A stretch of 64,000 nucleotides of DNA from Carcharhinus amblyrhynchos (taxonomy: Eukaryota): the NCBI GenBank assembly GCA_965287045.1, contig OZ336875.1:31000001-31064000 (forward strand). The letters are read 5' to 3'. The number at the start of each line of letters is the position of its first letter. Within the stretch, counting starts at the first letter, position 1. The notes below the pieces were generated by a model. The model had not been told where the DNA came from and did not search any database. It worked only from the letters and a program-made list of their open reading frames with translations. A program made the translations under genes and the position numbers. Positions 25,260-38,809 of the stretch are shown here, in pieces.

Positions 25260-25870
25260 ATTCTATTCTATAGCACATTGATTTAGTTAACACAGCATAC
25301 AGTTCAGTGTATCATAAAGCCAATCACACATTTAAAACCGATGCACAGGCTGTGTAAACTAGTATTTTAAATCAATATGTTCAGCCTGTAATGTGTTTTT
25401 TTTTTGTCCTAGAGCAATGAAATGCTATTAGTACAAATATATGTTTTAGAATAATGTGTTTTGCAGTGTAGTATACTATCCAGAATCAGCAAAACACCAT
25501 GAAGTGTACATTGTGTTTGCTCTTGTAACGTAACAGTCCTAGATCAGCCAGATATCAGGTTATGCATCCTATGCATCCAGATGAATGTTTTAATGGAGTG
25601 CAATATATAATTTTAGGTCAATATGTTCATCTGATCATATTATGAGGTCTTCTCTAAAACAATTGGACGGCATGCAGTATAACCTGCTGTTTTAGATCAA
25701 CAAGACACAACAGCATAGAATGCACTTCAAAATTAATTAATGCCATTTTGTATAACATGCTGTTCTAGATCAACCTGACATCATGCAATATAACACATTT
25801 CTAGATCATTGACATGCCATACAGTGTGACACACTGTTCTAGACCAGTGAGGTACAATGTAGCATACAGT
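25260..25870. repeat. Degenerate ~37-bp tandem repeat (minisatellite)
   Basis: Unit is approximately CAGTATAACACGCTGTTCTAGATCAA..GACA.CATG; TAGAT/CC anchors at 25540, 25693, 25766, 25802 and 25840 (spacings 153, 73, 36, 38). Confidence 0.7.
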
Positions 25871-27324
25871 CTTCAAGAAGTTCCAAGTTATCCTATTATT
25901 GTAAGTATAAAAAAACTTTTCTTAAAAGCAAATTTATCGTATTAGTTATGTTACATAATTTTAACCCTTATTTTCTTGCCCAACTGAAAGACTGTTTCAT
26001 GTAATGGTGAGATATCATTTTGAGCTCACAAATGGGTCCCTGTTAAACATTACTTGGCACAGCTGGTAACTATTGGGAATGAATATCTACTGCAGTGGAG
26101 GAATAAGACGTGGTCTTGTGCTTGCAAAGTTTCTCTTTGGCCCATTGTAAGCTTTGTCATGAGCTGAGGCAAAAGAACGGCAAGGTAGACATGGAAATTG
26201 CTGACCGCTCACTTGGGCTGTATCAGCTGATTTAACAGCATACTGGCAAAGATGAGGAAATGTCAATGTAAATTGTATGCAAGGGAAGAGGAGGAATGAC
26301 TTTTTTAAAAAGTAAATCTGTTTGAGATGCACTTTGGAAAGAATGCCATTGATTGTGTGGTGGTAAAAGAGCAATACCAGCTGAACTGGAGCAGTGTGTC
26401 ATCAAAGAGGCAAGATGTTCAAAATCTGTTTGATGCTGATGAACGGATTTGAACTGTCTTTCATAAACAGTGAGAGATTGAAAGAAGTTGTTGTGCACTG
26501 AGTACAAGAGAGTGAGGTTAAACTGGAACTGTTATTCTGTTTAAGATAGTGTAATCTAATTAGTGTAATTTAGTTTTCTTTTGTCTTTTGTTAATGAAAA
26601 ATGTGCAAACTGGTAAGAAAATTCATGCATTGTATGACACACACACAAATGTGTAAGGTTACAGATATTGCCTACCGTGGTAACATTGAACCCTCTTTGC
26701 ATAGATCTAGATTACTCTAGTTCAGATAAAATGGATGGAATTCCTCTCAATGTAATTGTTAAGAATTTCAAGTGAGCTAGCTAAAACAACATCTGTTTAG
26801 TTCCTTAATGGATAAGCATCATCAACATATATCTTTCCATAGCTTAACATGATTGGGTACTCTCTCTATGGGAGACCATAAACAGTGTCTTACCAATTTT
26901 GAAATGATCAGGAGCCTGAATGAACAGATATTAAAAATGACTGGGGAATTAAATTCAATTCAACATTCCATTGTCACCAATTCCAGGTGCTGTAGATGTA
27001 GACCTGTCTAGACCAAAACCAATTAGTCTTTCATATTTTTAAGTCGCCATTAATTTCCAAAATGTTTTTCAATGAAGATGGCATTTGCTGATTGTTTTTA
27101 AGCAGTGCTCTGGTGGTAGAATGCAAATGTCTAAAAGTACATCTTCAGACCAATGGTGTTGATCACAAATGGACTCGTGAGCTTATGCCACAGGCAGTTT
27201 TGAGAGAAACTTTAATTGCTCTATAGTTAGTCCAGCTCTCAGCTAGAGAATCAGATAAATTCATTCTAAATTGGAAACTGGCAACCAGTGCCATACACTT
27301 CCCACCATTCTATAGCCTGGATTT

Positions 27325-27629
27325 GGGTGGCACAGTGATTAGCACTGCTATCCCACAGCACCAAGGATCCAGGTTCGATTCCCGGCCTGGGTTACTGTCT
27401 GTTTGGAGTTTGCATATTCTCCCTGTGGCAGCGTGGGTTTCCTCCGGGTGCACCGGTTTCCTCCCCCAGCCCAAAAAACATGTAGGTTAGGTGGACTGGC
27501 CATGGTAAATTGCCCCTTAGTGTAGGAGGACGAGCTAGGGTAAATGAATGGGATTATGGGGATAGAGCCTGGGTGGGATTGGGATTGCTGCAGACTCGGT
27601 GGGCCGAATGGCCTCCTTCTGCACTGTGA
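27325..27629 (+). mobile_element. HE1-like V-SINE with CR1-type tail
   Basis: Head GGTGGCACAGTGATTAGC...GGTTCGATTCCC, V-domain, tail GGGCCGAATGGCCTCCTTCTGCACTGT. Confidence 0.87.
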
Positions 27630-28106
27630 TACAAGCAGGCCACAGTTTATCGCAGGTATCTTTCCAAATTGGATTTTTTGTGAAGGAGGCTGGTTGCATT
27701 TTTGTCTTCCAAGAATAGTTTGAACAACAGGTAATACTTTGGCCTTGTATAATGCATTATCCATGATAGATAGAATCTATCACCGAATTTTCAGCTCCCT
27801 GAGTCACTTTTTTACTGCTCCCAATGTAAGCAGATGTGACATTTAATATTGTTTCATACTGATAAAAGGAACATCGACAGGTTTTCCTCATACTGAAATA
27901 CTACAATCTGTTATGCTATCTCATTTGAGTTTTGAAACAGCAGGGTAAGGAGTAAAACACAAGTCAGGTTCCTTGGGGGTAAAAAAAGATGGATGAGTAA
28001 CTGGTGAAGGCTGGATGCCGATCCAGCAGCACTTAACGCTGCCAAGATTGACACAGTGACTGTCACACACAAAAACTAACAGATTTTTCGGTTCTTTCGA
28101 TTGCAG

Positions 28107-28215
28107 GAACGGGTGCCCTTTGAGAATCTTGCACAACAGCTGACAGGAAAAACAGGGGAGGATGTGAAGGTTGGTCCAGGGGTCATTGACCTTACAAGAC
28201 CAGAAGATGCAGAAG
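28107..28215 (+). CDS. SOX6: SOX6 internal coding exon: [36 protein letters not shown](G); absent from the ORF track
   Basis: TTGCAG acceptor ending at 28106; GTGAGT donor at 28216; 109 nt, phase 0 to 1, joining both neighbouring exons in frame. Matches recalled SOX6 '[37 protein letters not shown]'. Confidence 0.95.
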
Positions 28216-29142
28216 GTGAGTGGGTGACCCTGAGATGTGACAAAAGCTTACTTATTCAATGAGTAAAGTCAAGCAGGTTAAAAGTATGCTTTAATTTTGG
28301 TACTCTTACATCAGCTTCATAATTTTTCTTTTACTCCCCCTTATTCACCACTCTTTCCTCGAACAGAATCAGCAACCTACATATTGTAATTCCAATTAAC
28401 ACCACGCTTAATGCTGCCGTTACTGCTTCCTTATAACTATTTTAGAAAATCACAATGTTATGGATAATGAATGCCAAGTCATTTCACAGTTACAAATGTA
28501 CATTGAAATTATTTGATTCCATTTAGGGTATTTGCAGATGGGCCCAAAGGAGTTCACGCAAGTGCCATTTGATTTCAGCTCAACACAAACCTGAATCACA
28601 ACCCCGCATGCATAACACTTCCCCTCCCACCCCACCCCACCCACCACCCAAAAGCAGTTCTAAGCTCTGGGACTCAGGGTAGGCAGAAGACTGTGTTGCC
28701 CCTTCCCATTCTGACATGAGGCAGCAGTGGACGAATCTGGGTTATTGTCCCTCCCTTCCAACCGATGATTACTTGATGGCATTCTACCCATCCGCGAATA
28801 TCATGTTAGGAGTACATCTATCAGAGTTTCTTCGCAGTTTAGAGGGGGAACAGGGAACTAGGTTTTCTGGTGTATAAATGCTGGTGGAGATCAATGTATC
28901 TGTGTGCATATTGTGGGGACGTATCCGAGTGATCTGATGGTCTTATGTGCAGAACAGATTTCTAATTCTGTTTGGATCTTTTGGGAGTCATGTGTTCCCT
29001 GATTGCCCAGTGGTCTAATCCTTCTAAATTCCTTGTAGGTTGAGAAACTGTCTGAACATGGGTGGAAAGAAGAGGGAAGTATTGGCACATGAATAGGCAA
29101 TGAGTTCCACATTCTGCTCAAATCTGTATAATTAAGCATTAA

Positions 29143-29259
29143 GGGGTGAATTTTACCATCCTGCCCGCCACGGGAATTGGAGCAGACCATGGAAAGTTCC
29201 GTTGACCTCGGGTGGGATTTTCTGGTTTTTGGGGTGGGTGAGGCTGGAAAATCCTACCC
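29143..29259. mobile_element. PIF/Harbinger-like MITE; related short elements at about 19443, 29947-30062, 38688-38790, 44054-44260 and 51446-51593, plus a terminus at 31711-31724
   Basis: Imperfect TIRs GGGGTGAATTTT...AAAATCCTACCC, preceded by TAA. Confidence 0.55.
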
Positions 29260-29714
29260 AAATTGTCCCAAAGAAACTGTCAATAATCCATCAATTTTAA
29301 TATGATTTCATTAACATATTTATTAAAATTGAGTCATGACACTATCAAGTGTAGTTTCCTGGCAGTTTAGCTCCAGAGGGTTGGATTAATTGGACCAAGG
29401 TGCACCAACATAATATGGTTCCTATTTTCTGATTTTAAGAGGTCAGAAGAGCAGTTAAAATCTCAGAAATTATTTGCTGACCCCATTCCCACTAATGACT
29501 GTTTAAACTCCAGAGTTGGCTCAGATCACAAACATACACAGTAGGAATGAGCAAGTGCCTCATCAGTATGTTCAAGTAAGATGTAGTGACATCATTTTGA
29601 CCCAAACACAATTCTGACTAAGTAGGATCAACACCTGTCGAGTTCTCTCAAGATGGCACACCTTCCTCCTTGTCACCTTGGTAATAGAAAGCTGTGGTTC
29701 AAACACTGAAACAA

Positions 29715-29885
29715 AAAATAGGAGCAGAGGGAGGCCATTCAGCCCTTCAAACCTGCTGCACCGTTCATTATGATCATGATAGATCATCCAAATCAAAGCC
29801 TGATCTCGCCTTCCCCCCATATTCTTTGATCCCTTTGGCCCAAGCGCTATAGAAACATAGAAAATAGGAGTAGGAGGAGGCCATA
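29715..29885 (-). mobile_element. CR1 LINE 3' end fragments (two tails in tandem)
   Basis: AATAGGAGCAG.G.GAGGCCATTCAGCCCTTCAAACCTGCT..., then a second CATAGAAAATAGGAGTAGGAGGAGGCCAT. Confidence 0.7.
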
Positions 29886-30809
29886 GGAGCAGGACAAGGC
29901 TCAACTACAGGAATGTTGCAGTTTGTAGTCATGCCATCAGAGACTTCGGGTGGGATTTTCCATCCGGGCTTACCACGGAACCGGGAACTCCTGTCCAACA
30001 GACATTTCCGGCCCTCACCTGCTACAATTCCTGTGGCAGGTGGGTTGGGAAAATTTGCCCCTTGATCTCCCAACAATTTCTAGCCAATAGCATTTCAGTG
30101 GCCCTCACTGAGGGAGAACCCATCCAAAGTATTCAATGTAGTAAATCCCCTTTGAAGGAATTCATTGGAGGACCCCGGCTTGGACAACACCCCTGAGATT
30201 GAGTGGTTCTCCATGATCCCAATTCTCTCTCTGGTGTTTTGTAGAGAGAAAGAGGGGTGTCTGTCCATTGCGCAGAGGAGAAGAAGGAGGAACTCTCTCT
30301 CCCCATCCTGCCACAGGACACACAAACTGAAACGGAAAACTTAATTCACGTAATGGTGGACGGAGAAGAAAGTACGAGCCTGCATGGACAGGGAGAAAAA
30401 GCCGACAAAACGCACTTTGAATATAATGAAGTAGAAGCCATTTAATAAGGAAAGCTGCTCCTTTCTAATTAGCCGATCATTGCTCCAAACAGAAGTCACA
30501 GCTGACTAGCATTTCACTCAGCTGCCATGTCAGGCTGTTTTGTGTTGTGTTAAAACGGCTGAGTCTCACAGCTGACTGCAAAGCCAACAAGGGGAGGAGG
30601 TTGCTGAATTGCTCAGACTGAAATCTGGGATTTGGCTCTCCCACCCAAGGACCGCTTTGATCATCTCGGCTGACTGAGGCTCAATCATCCTACCCAACTG
30701 GATGGACTCTGCCTGGCCCTCTCATTAAACCAGACGATTGATCCATTAAAACTCAGCAGTCATCCCGGGAAAACGGGAATTTAGTTTGTATCTGTGCTTT
30801 TTTTCATTC

Positions 30810-30980
30810 TCTGGTTTCCTCCCACAGTCCAAAAGACGTGCTGGTTAGGTGTATTGGCCATACTAAATTCTCCCTCCATGTACCCGAACGGGCACCAGAA
30901 TGTGACGACTAGGGGAGTTTCACAGTGATTTCATTGCAGCATTAATATAAGCCTACTTGTGACTAATAAATGAATAAACT
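30810..30980 (+). mobile_element. 5'-truncated V-SINE, alternative tail
   Basis: GGTTTCCTCCCACAGTCCAAAAGACGTGCTGGTTAGG...GCCTACTTGTGACTAATAAAT. Confidence 0.8.
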
Positions 30981-31829
30981 TATAAAGCACGTCAACTCTA
31001 CAGTATTCAGATGTAACTATGTTTTTAGAGTTCTAATCAGATCATTTAGAAGTTCTGATGCTGGAACATTTTAGCTCCCTGGTTCTCTATTGCACTGGAG
31101 TACAGTACATGCACCTACATTTACACAGTTGTTTTCAAGTCTCAAGGCTCCCTGAGCTATGCTGTCAATTTCATCATGTTAATTACACAAGATAAAGCGC
31201 CAAAGCTGTCAACCAAGCAATGTTTTCCCTGGGGTGCAGGTGTTTCGACAAGCTAATGGGTTCTTTGTACATAATGAGGCTTGGGGGCCATGCCTAGGCA
31301 TGGGATGGGCATGGAGGAGCATAGGGCTTGTTTGGGTGGTATAACTTGGAATGGGTTCATGAGAAACCATAGTGGGAAAGCGTGTCTTGGCATGGAGGGG
31401 CATATGGCAGAGATTTTGAACTTGCCTTTCAGATGGTCCCCTCATGCAAATTGTGGTTCGTGACACATCCTGAGGTACTGCAAACCATGACTCTTTGAAA
31501 AGCAGGCCCAACTCCAAGAAAACTGTGGCGGTTCAGGAATTTCCTATCCCCACAAAGGAGCCAACCAGGTCAGGGGTGCCCGGTGTGGGTCTGCTGCTCA
31601 CAAAAATCAGAAACCATGGGAATGGGGTCAGAAATTCCAAAATCAGCAGGAATCCTGGAACCAGAAATCTGCTGCCATATTTGAAAGGCTCCCAAGTAAT
31701 TCCAGCTTAGTGAAAATCCCGCCCACTGTCTTTTGGTTAAACCAGGTCTGCCCTCTCAATGGACAAAATTGACCCAATGCCAGTAAAGGCAGCATCTGCC
31801 TGCATCTGTAAGTGTCCTCAACATTTTCT

Positions 31830-32075
31830 GTCCATCTGTTCCTTTCTGTGTGTTTATGGCTGTCTTGCTATACGTATTTGCACATCATTCTTTGCGCAAA
31901 CGTATGCGGATTCTTCACACCTTTTGTGCATGTTTGCATCTCTCTATCTTATGTGTGTGCGTCTCTTTGTTTCTCATACTTCACATCTCTTTCTGTTTGT
32001 GCATATCTGCCTCTGATCGTCTGTGTGTGTGTTTCTCCCTCTCTTTCTCACTTACAAGGGGTGAGTGATTGTGTG
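31830..32075. repeat. Degenerate (TG)/(TC) low-complexity tract
   Basis: T/G/C dinucleotide-rich and A-poor sequence; it explains the overlapping C/V/L/S-rich ORFs in the track. Confidence 0.6.
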
Positions 32076-32271
32076 AAATAAGCAACACCAGCTTGGCCAC
32101 CAGATAAATTCTTCCCCTGATATTCATTTCCATGGATCTCAATATTACCAAAGTCAAACTATATCTCTGGCATGTGAACTTGGCAGGTTTTTTTTCATTA
32201 ATCTTACAGACATTTCCTAACAATTTTCCAAGCGGATGGGATATGATCAACAATGAAATTTTTGATTTTCA

Positions 32272-32588
32272 GGGGTAGCACGATGGTACAGTGGTTAGCA
32301 CTGCTGCTTCACAACTCCAGGGACCCAGGTTCGATTCCCAGCTTGCGTCACTGCCTGTGTGGAGTTTGCACATTCTCCCTTTGCCTGCGTCAGTTTCCTC
32401 TGGGTGCTCAGTTTTTCCTTCCACAGTCCAAAGCTGTGTGGGTTAGATGCACTGGCCACGCTAGTGTCCTGGGATGTGTAGGTTAGAGGGATTAACTGGG
32501 TAAATATGGGCATAGGGCCTGTGTGGGATTGTTGTCAGTGTGGACCCGATGGGTCAAATAGCTTCCTTCTGCCTAGTAGGGTTTCTCT
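32272..32588 (+). mobile_element. HE1-like V-SINE with CR1-type tail
   Basis: Full head, V-domain and GATGGGTCAAATAGCTTCCTTCTGC tail. Confidence 0.87.
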
Positions 32589-35004
32589 GAAAAGCCATGT
32601 TTTAGTTTTGTCAAATTGCTGCTCCTGAATTCATTGGTTCGACAACTGAATTAAAACGCTGGAAACCATGGACAGCAAATTCCAGCTATAATGTAACTTA
32701 TTTAACCTCCTGCAGCACTTAGGTGTAAACTGTGGGTAGTGCTTGCATGACATTGCAACATCTACTTTTGTGCTTCTCATCTGTAACTGCAAAGAGAAAC
32801 AATTCCTACCGCGCCAACAGTTGTACACGCATAAATATTTGTAACAGTTACCATGGTAGTTTAGAAAGAAAAGGCAAGGAACAGTAAATGTTGAAAAGTT
32901 ATACCAGGAACAAAGATAAATATTTCTGGACAAGAATTTAAACTTTAGATAGCATGTAGGTGAAACAGTGGAACAGTTATCGCACAGAGTGACTGTGGTC
33001 AAATGGGAAGACTAAGATTTTCCTTTAGGTTTAGTCATCCGTGCGTTTGCATCAATTCTCTCCACAATCTCAGTCCCTTTTTTTTTACAAAAAAATGCTC
33101 AGATGTAAAACATCAGCAGATACCACAAAGGCTTCAGTGAAGCCTTTTGTTCTCTCTTGTGGTAGATTTGCAGCTCCTATACTGACTGGGTCGTGTGTTT
33201 GTTTTAGCTTACTTTGTCAGGAGGGTATGGGGATAAGAACACAAGACATATAAGCAGGAAGTGGACTAATCCGAACGTGGTTTGCAACAATATTAGAAAG
33301 GACTGATTATCCATTATGTTAGAATTGACTCCATATGGAGTTGGCAATAATAAATCTTTTTTTTCCCCCTCAGCTTTGAATTGATGGTTCAAGTTTCCCC
33401 GTCTAAGAATTCATATGGAGGGAATTCTTTAACATGCTCAACAATCAAGGCTGTTGATTGCAGTTTGGAGGGCAAAGCTTTGAAATCGAAAGGTTTCTTT
33501 TTATCCCCTGAATGTAACAATGAGGAAATATTATTCAACATGTGCCTAGTTGTTCAAAGAACAAAGCTTGGCTTTGTTCTAGACTGGCTGCGTGGTGTGG
33601 CTAACTTATTACCTGACGTGCTTCATAATAGTTCCACAATTGTTCCCTCTTTATAAAATTTGAAGGCGCTGCCCATTCCTCTCCTGTCCCGAAGGTGCCC
33701 ACCATCGCGTGGCATTTACAGCTGCCAGTCACCCAGAATCTTTCTTAGGTGGTGCATCTGCACCATGGGCCTGGGTAATGAGCACTAGCAAGCAGTTCAA
33801 TTATGAGAATCATCACAAGCTTTCCTGATTCAGCGCTCACCCTATAATTTTTATAAACACACAGGCTTTCATCCAGGGGTCATTGGCAACAATTAATACT
33901 GGGAATTCTTGGCTGATTTTGTTTTCTCCTCCTCCTCAATTATGATGACCTGGTGCCACCCAGGAGGAGATCAACTAACTCAGCGTGAATCGAGGATTAG
34001 AAAGGGAATGTTACTGCTGCCTATGGGTCAGTTTGACTTTGGGCGATTCACTTAACCACAGCTTTCAATGCTACAATTTTAGTGGGCCATTTAGACTGTG
34101 GAATGACCCTTAGGAACAGTGAATGGCAAAACACAGAGTCCAGGCAGTCATAACTTGTATATAACCCAAAGATGCCATAGTAATTACTTAGGGCACAGTT
34201 AGCTTCCTCTCAATTGCGTGCAGACTGCTCAAAAATTCAACTGTTTATTAATCAATATTTTAATTCTTAATTACTGCTTTCCATCATTTGAAAATGTTAT
34301 ATTATGATTCAAGTGGAAGCCGATTAAGCATGCATGTGTGGGTTCTTTTTTAAAGACTGCAACTTGAAAGCTTTTGAAAAAACAAAATCCCTGGAACAAA
34401 ACCTAAATAAACGATAGAAATCAGACTTTGACTCATAGGTAAGTTTATACTGAAGCTTTGTAAATGATACATTGTCACTTGAAATAAACGCAAATATTTT
34501 AGTTGGGATGCACCAGCTATGATTTGAAATGGTTACAAATCAAACGTGCACAACATCTTGCTTAAAGTGAATCCTCCTCCAGAGGAAAGGAAGAGTTGCA
34601 TTGGGCTTTTTCAACACAATATTTAATTGGATGGAGGAGAATAATGCCACCAACATCAGCCGATGATTCCCACTTTCACTGGTATTGGGATGAAACTTTA
34701 GCAGTTTTGATGAACAGGGGGGCATCTATCAGGTGAATCTTCCAGCTTCAGCGTCATTGAGGTTGTCCGTCTTCCAGCCACGAGAGTGTTCCAGAAGATT
34801 CATCATCAATCTTCTTTCTTCAGGGGATATTTTCCTGAGGTTGTGTTATTTTAATTGCAGTAGAGGTGTTGGGGACATTTCTATTGTTGCTCATAGGAAT
34901 GCAGAAGAAGTGACTTCTTCAAAAAGGATCCTTTGACCATTAACTTCTAATTCCCTACCCAAAACACAGTACCCCCACCCCACCCTCCAGGTGCCTCAAC
35001 CACC

Positions 35005-35270
35005 TTTAAGTGTCATAAGAGGAGACCATCAAAATAAGATAGTCACCAAGAAATCTAATTTGGAATTTAGAAGATTCTTCTTCACCCAAAGAATGGTAAG
35101 AATGTGGAACTCATTGTCATAGGTTGAAGCAAATAGTATAAATCCAGTTTGGAAAAAGCTCAGAAAGGGATTTGAGGGATATAATGATAAATTTCGATGA
35201 GGTCAAACAGGAGCATAAACCTCAGCATGGACTGACTGGACCAAACGTCTTCTTTCTGTGCCATATGTAA
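35005..35270 (+). mobile_element. CR1 LINE 3' end; a further CR1 fragment at about 38350-38505
   Basis: TTCTTCACCCAAAGAATGGTAAGAATGTGGAACTCATTG (FFTQR.VR.WNSL) plus tail. Confidence 0.7.
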
Positions 35271-37759
35271 TCCAGTGTCGCATGGATGTTAATTATGAGC
35301 AATACATTGCACATGCCCCTTATCAATTTATCAGTAGAATGAGCCTGCCAATATATGTGTTGGCTCACACAACATCCGCTGTAACTTTGAGCGCAAGATC
35401 TTGTACATGACAGGGGATGCTAGAATGGTTCCCTGCTATGTTTTCTGCTCCTCACTGCCTCAAATTCAACTGAGGTTGAGCAGACATAGCGCTCAACATC
35501 TAGTTCTGTGCCTCTTCATGCAGTTACAGTGCATGCTGAGCCACTTAACTGTAGCCTATTTGGTGACAATTAAGCATTTTCTATGATCTTAGGTTTGGTA
35601 TTTCTGTTCTTGGGCTGTGGGTCAAGAGAATACAGTTTCTATTACTATTCCCAATTTTCCTAAGGTCATTAGGAGTTAACCAAACAATATGGGGCTGGAG
35701 TCCAATTTAGCCAAACTCAGCAATGGTAACAAGTTCTTTTCTTTGAGAGGCATTGGTGAATTAGTTGGTTCATCATCTTCAGGCATGATGCAATGTTCAC
35801 CTATGGTGATGAACTGGAATGACCTGGCAGGCAATGCCTCTCTTGCAAATATCTCATGAGGTACCATTTCTACTACCCCAAATGCTCACATACTGACCTG
35901 TTCCATCATTTCCCTGCAGACTTGTGCCTGCACCTTGGATTTCCATCCCCTGTATGTGTATCTATCAATTCCTAGCCTCGCCCCTGTCCCCTCTTGACAA
36001 AGGATTGAAAGACCTTCTGAGCCTTTTCTTCAATGACTTTCAAAATATTGCCTGCCACCACCTCTGATTTTAACACTTCTCTTGAATTGATCTCTTCTTT
36101 AAATTTTAGTTACATTACTCTTCTTGCATCTCCTGCAATATGCTATTTAGCTATAAATAATAAGTAGCTGCAGTAAATTGGCTTCGCAGTTTGAAAATGG
36201 CCTTGGACCACCTTTAAACCTCTCATGTCAGAAAAAAGGTGACTCTCCTGTTAGAAATTCCAGAATTTCAGTATTCCAGAGCAGAGCTTTGCAAATACAT
36301 TTAAGTACATTTTTGCAGAGGTTTGCTTTCTACATGACAGAGTGCAATGCAATATAATACACTGCTGTTAGCTTATACTATTTAAATGCATGTTTCAGTG
36401 TGAAAAGGTACCTGCAACATAACCACAGTAGAGAATAGAGGTCACTTGTATTCTGAAACTCAGATTAAATCATTTTCTTCGAAGTATAGTTGTTTATATT
36501 CTTTAAATTCCCCTCTTCTCTCATTACATTGTGTCCTGAAGCTGAACATACAATGTTTGCGTGAGTGCTAATTCTTTGCAGGAGCCCATTTCACACAGTG
36601 GATTCCTTTGTGACAGCCTGTCTGCTGTGGCACAAAGACATAGTTAAAGATCAAGTGGTGGGGTTTGGTGTTTGGCTGCATATCTCAACTGTTTCAAGTG
36701 TGGGCCTGCTTTAGACAGGTGTGATTAGGCACTACAGTTTTAAGGACATTTATATTTATTGTCCCCGTGAGGAACTGTTCAAAAGTATTCTCGCAGAGTT
36801 ACCGCAGTGTAAGCACGCACTGTAAATCAAATTCTAAAGTAAATTATGCTCTCAAAGACTTATCAAATGGATAATGTGCCTGTCAAACATTCTTGTTTAC
36901 ATATGTGCTTGAACTAAAAATCCCCATTACCTGACCCTGAAGTATTAGCAATTTGTACCTGTCAATGGACCACTCAGTTACAACTTATGAAAAGAGGAAG
37001 AATATTCTTTTTAACGTCATCCATGTTCATTTCAAATAAGTAATACAGTTCAAATAATTATCATAAAGCTGGTAATGTAATATGGTAAAATGTGTGTAAG
37101 GGCAACTCTTGCCCAATGTAGACTGGATAGAATTTTAAATTAATTTGCTGTAGGTTATTTCTCAATGGATATATATGTTTTATATATATAGTGGGTGCCA
37201 TCAAGAATATTAATCCTTGTATGCTAATACTGCTGTTGAACAACACAGCTCTAATCAAATGGAAGCAAATCTGCGTGCCATCAGAAAACAATTAATTTTT
37301 AATTTACTGACAGTGATGGATAACTTGTCGTGATTTTTTAAGGCAGTAAAGTATTTCAAGTGAAGGTTATAAAACTTGATGTTAAAGTGGGTCACAATGT
37401 TGTATAATTATAATCCTTGAAACCGTGCCAAGAATTTCTGCTCTACTTTAACCACCAGTTATAAAGTCATTGGGTTGAAATTGTGCAGTACAATATTAGC
37501 CATGAACGCATTAATCTGTTTGTGTAAACCTCCTTTATTCAATATTTTAATGGTTCCATCAAAACAGAGGCCAAAGGACTTTGATGTTGCTGGTTGGCTT
37601 TTGTTCCTTCTACTGTGCAGCATTATTTCAACTTCAAGTTTTAATACTTACCCAAATATTTGATCAGAGCATTGTATTGCAGGGAGCTGCTACTCTAGAT
37701 TTCTTATTTAGTTCTTAGTGATTATTTAGCAAACCATAGCAAAGTGCTGTGACATTTTA

Positions 37760-37872
37760 CTACAGGTAGGGTGAAGAGGCAGGGCCTCAGCCAGAACTGG
37801 TGTCAAACCCCACACCGTTGCCATTAATCTAATCCACACACCAGCCATCTAACCAACTGAGCTAACCAGCCA
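37760..37872 (-). mobile_element. tRNA(Ile)-derived SINE fragment
   Basis: Minus strand GGCTGGTTAGCTCAGTTGGTTAGATGGCTGG... Confidence 0.6.
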
Positions 37873-38809
37873 CCCCATCCTTGATTATTCAGCCACTATT
37901 GGGGAAAGTAATTTATGACGCTCTGTGCATTTGTCTCTGTATTATTCAGCTTTATATCAATAGAATCTCAAAGTGCTGCATTATATTGCTACTTAGAAAA
38001 TGCAGCATTCAAGAGGTTAAAACATTGTGAGAACAACTGGAGCCTGTTTTGCAATCACAAAATGATTGAATAGTTTTAGATATCACAGGCATGCATGTGA
38101 CTATAGATAATACAGACATGTCAGTACACACTGCAGGAGTGCGTAAAACCTACTTCATCAAATGCCTTTCTAGTGCCTGTTTAATCAAGGACAATATATC
38201 TAAATTCCTATAACTGCATTTTCTATTTAAATTCAAATTCATTTTTAGCGAAACCTTAAAAGGACCCACAGCCAATCTATCCTTAACTATCTGATGATCA
38301 CTGTGTCTGCAACAGTCTAGAATTGTTACAAGCTATTACTTGAAAACACACCTCACTCCCACATAACTATCAGGCAAAGCTGAACAGGCTGGGGCTCTTT
38401 TTTTCCCTAGAAAAGAGATGATTTGAAAGGTGGCCTGATAGAAATGTTTACAATTACTAAGTGGTTCAATAGGGTTCATATAGTGAGATGTTTCAAATTG
38501 TCAGGGAGGAGTCTGTGGCTCCGTTGGTAACACTGCTGTTTCTGAACCAGGAAACCTTGGTTTCAGGTTTGTAGGTCACAGAGTGTTCCTGTGCCTCAAA
38601 CCAGGCTGTTAATCAATAAATGTGAAATAATTGCCCATAAGGAATTTTGAGGACAGAACCTGTTTTAGACAGGTGTGATTGAACACTAGGGACAGATTCT
38701 CCAATCTCATTCATTCCCGCCCCACTACCAGTGAGAATGGAGAATCTGGCGCTCAGCCAAAACCCCATTCACTGCAGCGGGACAGGAGAATAACAGCTGC
38801 AGGCCATCC

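Noticed and set aside
25260-25870. CRISPR-like array
   Set aside because: Units are contiguous and degenerate with no unique spacers, there are no cas genes, and the context is eukaryotic.
30190-30345. Hepadnavirus core-like peptide (…PILS…RRRRRNSLSP) on the + strand
   Set aside because: Only a 4-residue match plus an Arg run arising from purine-rich low complexity; there is an upstream stop and no polymerase or surface motifs.
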